Shown here: positions 61,919 to 64,000 of the stretch, in pieces
How positions within the stretch are numbered: the first letter of the stretch is position 1
Layout of the letters: each line of letters starts with the position of its first letter
Assembly (NCBI GenBank): GCA_033442325.1
Contig: JAWQFM010000005.1
Span: 1,133,058 to 1,197,057, forward strand
DNA length: 64,000 nucleotides
Reading direction: 5' to 3'
Source of the DNA: Salpingoeca rosetta
Lineage: Eukaryota > Protista > Choanoflagellata
Notes under the pieces: model-generated
What the model saw: only the letters and a program-made list of their open reading frames with translations
The model's database searches: none
What the model was told of the DNA's origin: nothing
Program-made: the position numbers and the translations under genes

Positions 61919-64000
61919 AGGGGCTGGTGCATAGCACTGCTGGGTACATGACGCAAGCTGCTGTGACGCACCGCGCAATCTTCGACTACCAGCCCGGCGA
62001 CGTGTACGCGTGCGTCGCCGACGTTGGCTGGATCACGGGTCACTCATGTGCGTTTTAAGAGTAGGGCAATGGTGTGTGGTGTGCGGTGTGTTGCGTTTGT
62101 GTGTTTGCGTGTGCTTTGGTTGCTGCAATGCTGGGTCACATTTGTCGCATGCAACGCAACGCCAATGGCCAGATGTTGTGTACGGCCCACTTGCCAACGG
62201 TGCAACAACGCTGCTGTTTGAGAGCATCCCCACCTACCCCGACAGCGGCCGCTACTGGGAGGTGCGCGTGGCGGTGTGGTGTGACATGACGTGATTTGTC
62301 GGCAATGAGTTTTATTCCATCACGTGTCAATCCCACACACGTGCGTGCTTTGCCGTGCACATGCGCGCGTACATGTGTGTGTGTGTGCGTTGTGCGTGCT
62401 CACGCCTTGCTTTGTGCACGCACATTGCAGATGGTTGAGCGGTACGGAATCAACCAACTGTACCTGGCGCCTACGGCCCTGCGTCGCCTCATGAAAGACT
62501 GTCAGTGAATGCCAGTCACACCATGGTTTGGAGCATGTGCTCCTGCCCTGTGCTCACTGTGCAAACCATAACCCTGTGTGGCATTATTCACCTCTCTCGG
62601 CTTTGTTGTGTCTTGCGTCAACCACCCCGTGGTTCGGGCTGTTTCCGCACCCATCCGTGGCCTTCTCACGCTACACCACCACCACCACCGCCACCACCAC
62701 CATCATCCAACCACCACCATCACCGCAAACAGCTGACGAGTTTGTGACCAAGTACGACCGCTCCAGTCTTCGCGTCCTCGGATCAGGTGCGCGCTTGTGT
62801 GCACGCGTCTGTGCGTGCGTACATGTGCATGCAAACACGCGTTGTAATGACCTGTGCACTCCCGATCATCACGGCATCTCGCATATGCATTCAGGTCGTC
62901 ATTGCTTCATTCTCACATGCAACCCTGAAACCTGGTGCCTTCCGATGTGCTGTTGCCCGTTGTGCTTGTGATCAGTCGGCGAGCCACTGAACCCCGAGGC
63001 GTATCGCTGGTTCCATGAAGTGGTCGGCAACGGAAAGTGTTCCATCGTCGATACGTGGTGGCAGACAGGTGCGTGAATGCATGCAAACCCACGCACTACT
63101 TTATGTGCGCGCACGCGCGCGTGAGTGGCTCCTGAATTGCATTCACGGCTGCATCCTTCTCATCACCTCACCATACGCACGGCTTCATTCCTGTTCATGC
63201 AGAGACGGGTGGTGCCATGATTTCACCGCTGCCTGGTATGAAGAACTGCAAGGCGGGATCAGCAATGCAGCCGTTCCTTGGCGTTGTGCCTGTCATCCTC
63301 GACAATGACGTACGCTTCACTGATTCGCCGCCTACGGCATATGGTTGTTGTGCCACGCTTCTAGCAACATGGGCATGTTCCGATCATGCTGCACCCCATC
63401 AACCGTGTGTCCTGCTTAACGCTCACGTGCTTTCTTCCACACGCTCGTCCTTGCGTTCATCCATGTACTGTGTGACTGTTTCTTTACAGGGAAACGAGCT
63501 GCAGGGCAACAACGTGGAAGGCGTTCTGGCCATGAAGCATGTACGTGCGCGAACACATGATTCACCTGCCCACAAGCTCGATAGCGCGTGTGTCGTGCCT
63601 TCACATTGCGTCGTGCCTTGCTTAGCCGTATGTGTTCATGCCCATGAATTCCCTACCCTTCAACTGCGCATTCTCCAATATGGGGACTTATTGTCACAGC
63701 CCACGCCTGGCATGGCGCGCACGATCCACGGGGACCACGAGCGGTACACGAGCACGTACTGGGGCGTGTATCCGGGGTACTACTTCACGGGTGACGGCGC
63801 GCGGCGGGACGAGGACGGGCACCTGTGGATCACGGGACGCGTCGACGATGTCATCAACGTCTCCGGCCACCGCATGGGCACTGCCGAGGTGCTGCGATGA
63901 TCTTGATGGTGGTGGTGGTGGCAGTGGCAGTGGCAGTGGTGGTGGTGGTGGTGGTGGTGTTCGTGTGTGTGTGCTCGTGCAGTTGCTGCGCCCTCTCCTG
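60015..64000 (+). CDS. Acetyl-CoA synthetase copy B (ACSS1-like, mitochondrial presequence); continues past the window end
   Basis: Same motifs as copy A: [60 protein letters not shown]. Confidence 0.93.
60051..64000. repeat. Inverted segmental duplicate of about 37110-41872
   Basis: Reverse-complement near-identity of exons and introns, except for the block at about 62295-63710. Confidence 0.92.
60809..61089. other. Assembly gap (281 N)
   Basis: Run of N. Confidence 1.

Overview
Intron-rich eukaryotic DNA with short GT-AG introns full of (CA)n/(GT)n and trinucleotide microsatellites and four assembly gaps. Style and gene content (HYR/Cys-rich receptor kinase, Girdin-like, NOVA-like) suggest a choanoflagellate such as Salpingoeca rosetta (inference). 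Most ORF-track entries are microsatellite artefacts. Hand-splicing gives 13 gene models, in order: Girdin/CCDC88-like (-, runs off the left edge), calcineurin A, ARMT1, a receptor kinase that stops after DFG, a ZFPL1 C-terminal fragment, an F-box protein, cystinosin, a bublin/UPF0184-like ORF, acetyl-CoA synthetase copy A (-), a divergent TRAPPC9-like gene, LONRF, a two-KH NOVA-like gene, and acetyl-CoA synthetase copy B (+, runs off the right edge). Most notable: (1) the inverted ACS pair is near-identical even in introns except for a diverged block that includes a Val/Ala swap at the acyl-pocket residue (acetate versus propionate); (2) the receptor kinase can splice in frame into the ZFPL1 tail (fusion or misassembly); (3) calcineurin A has an eroded calmodulin-binding helix carrying a basophilic kinase consensus site. 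All family assignments come from recalled motifs, not database searches.
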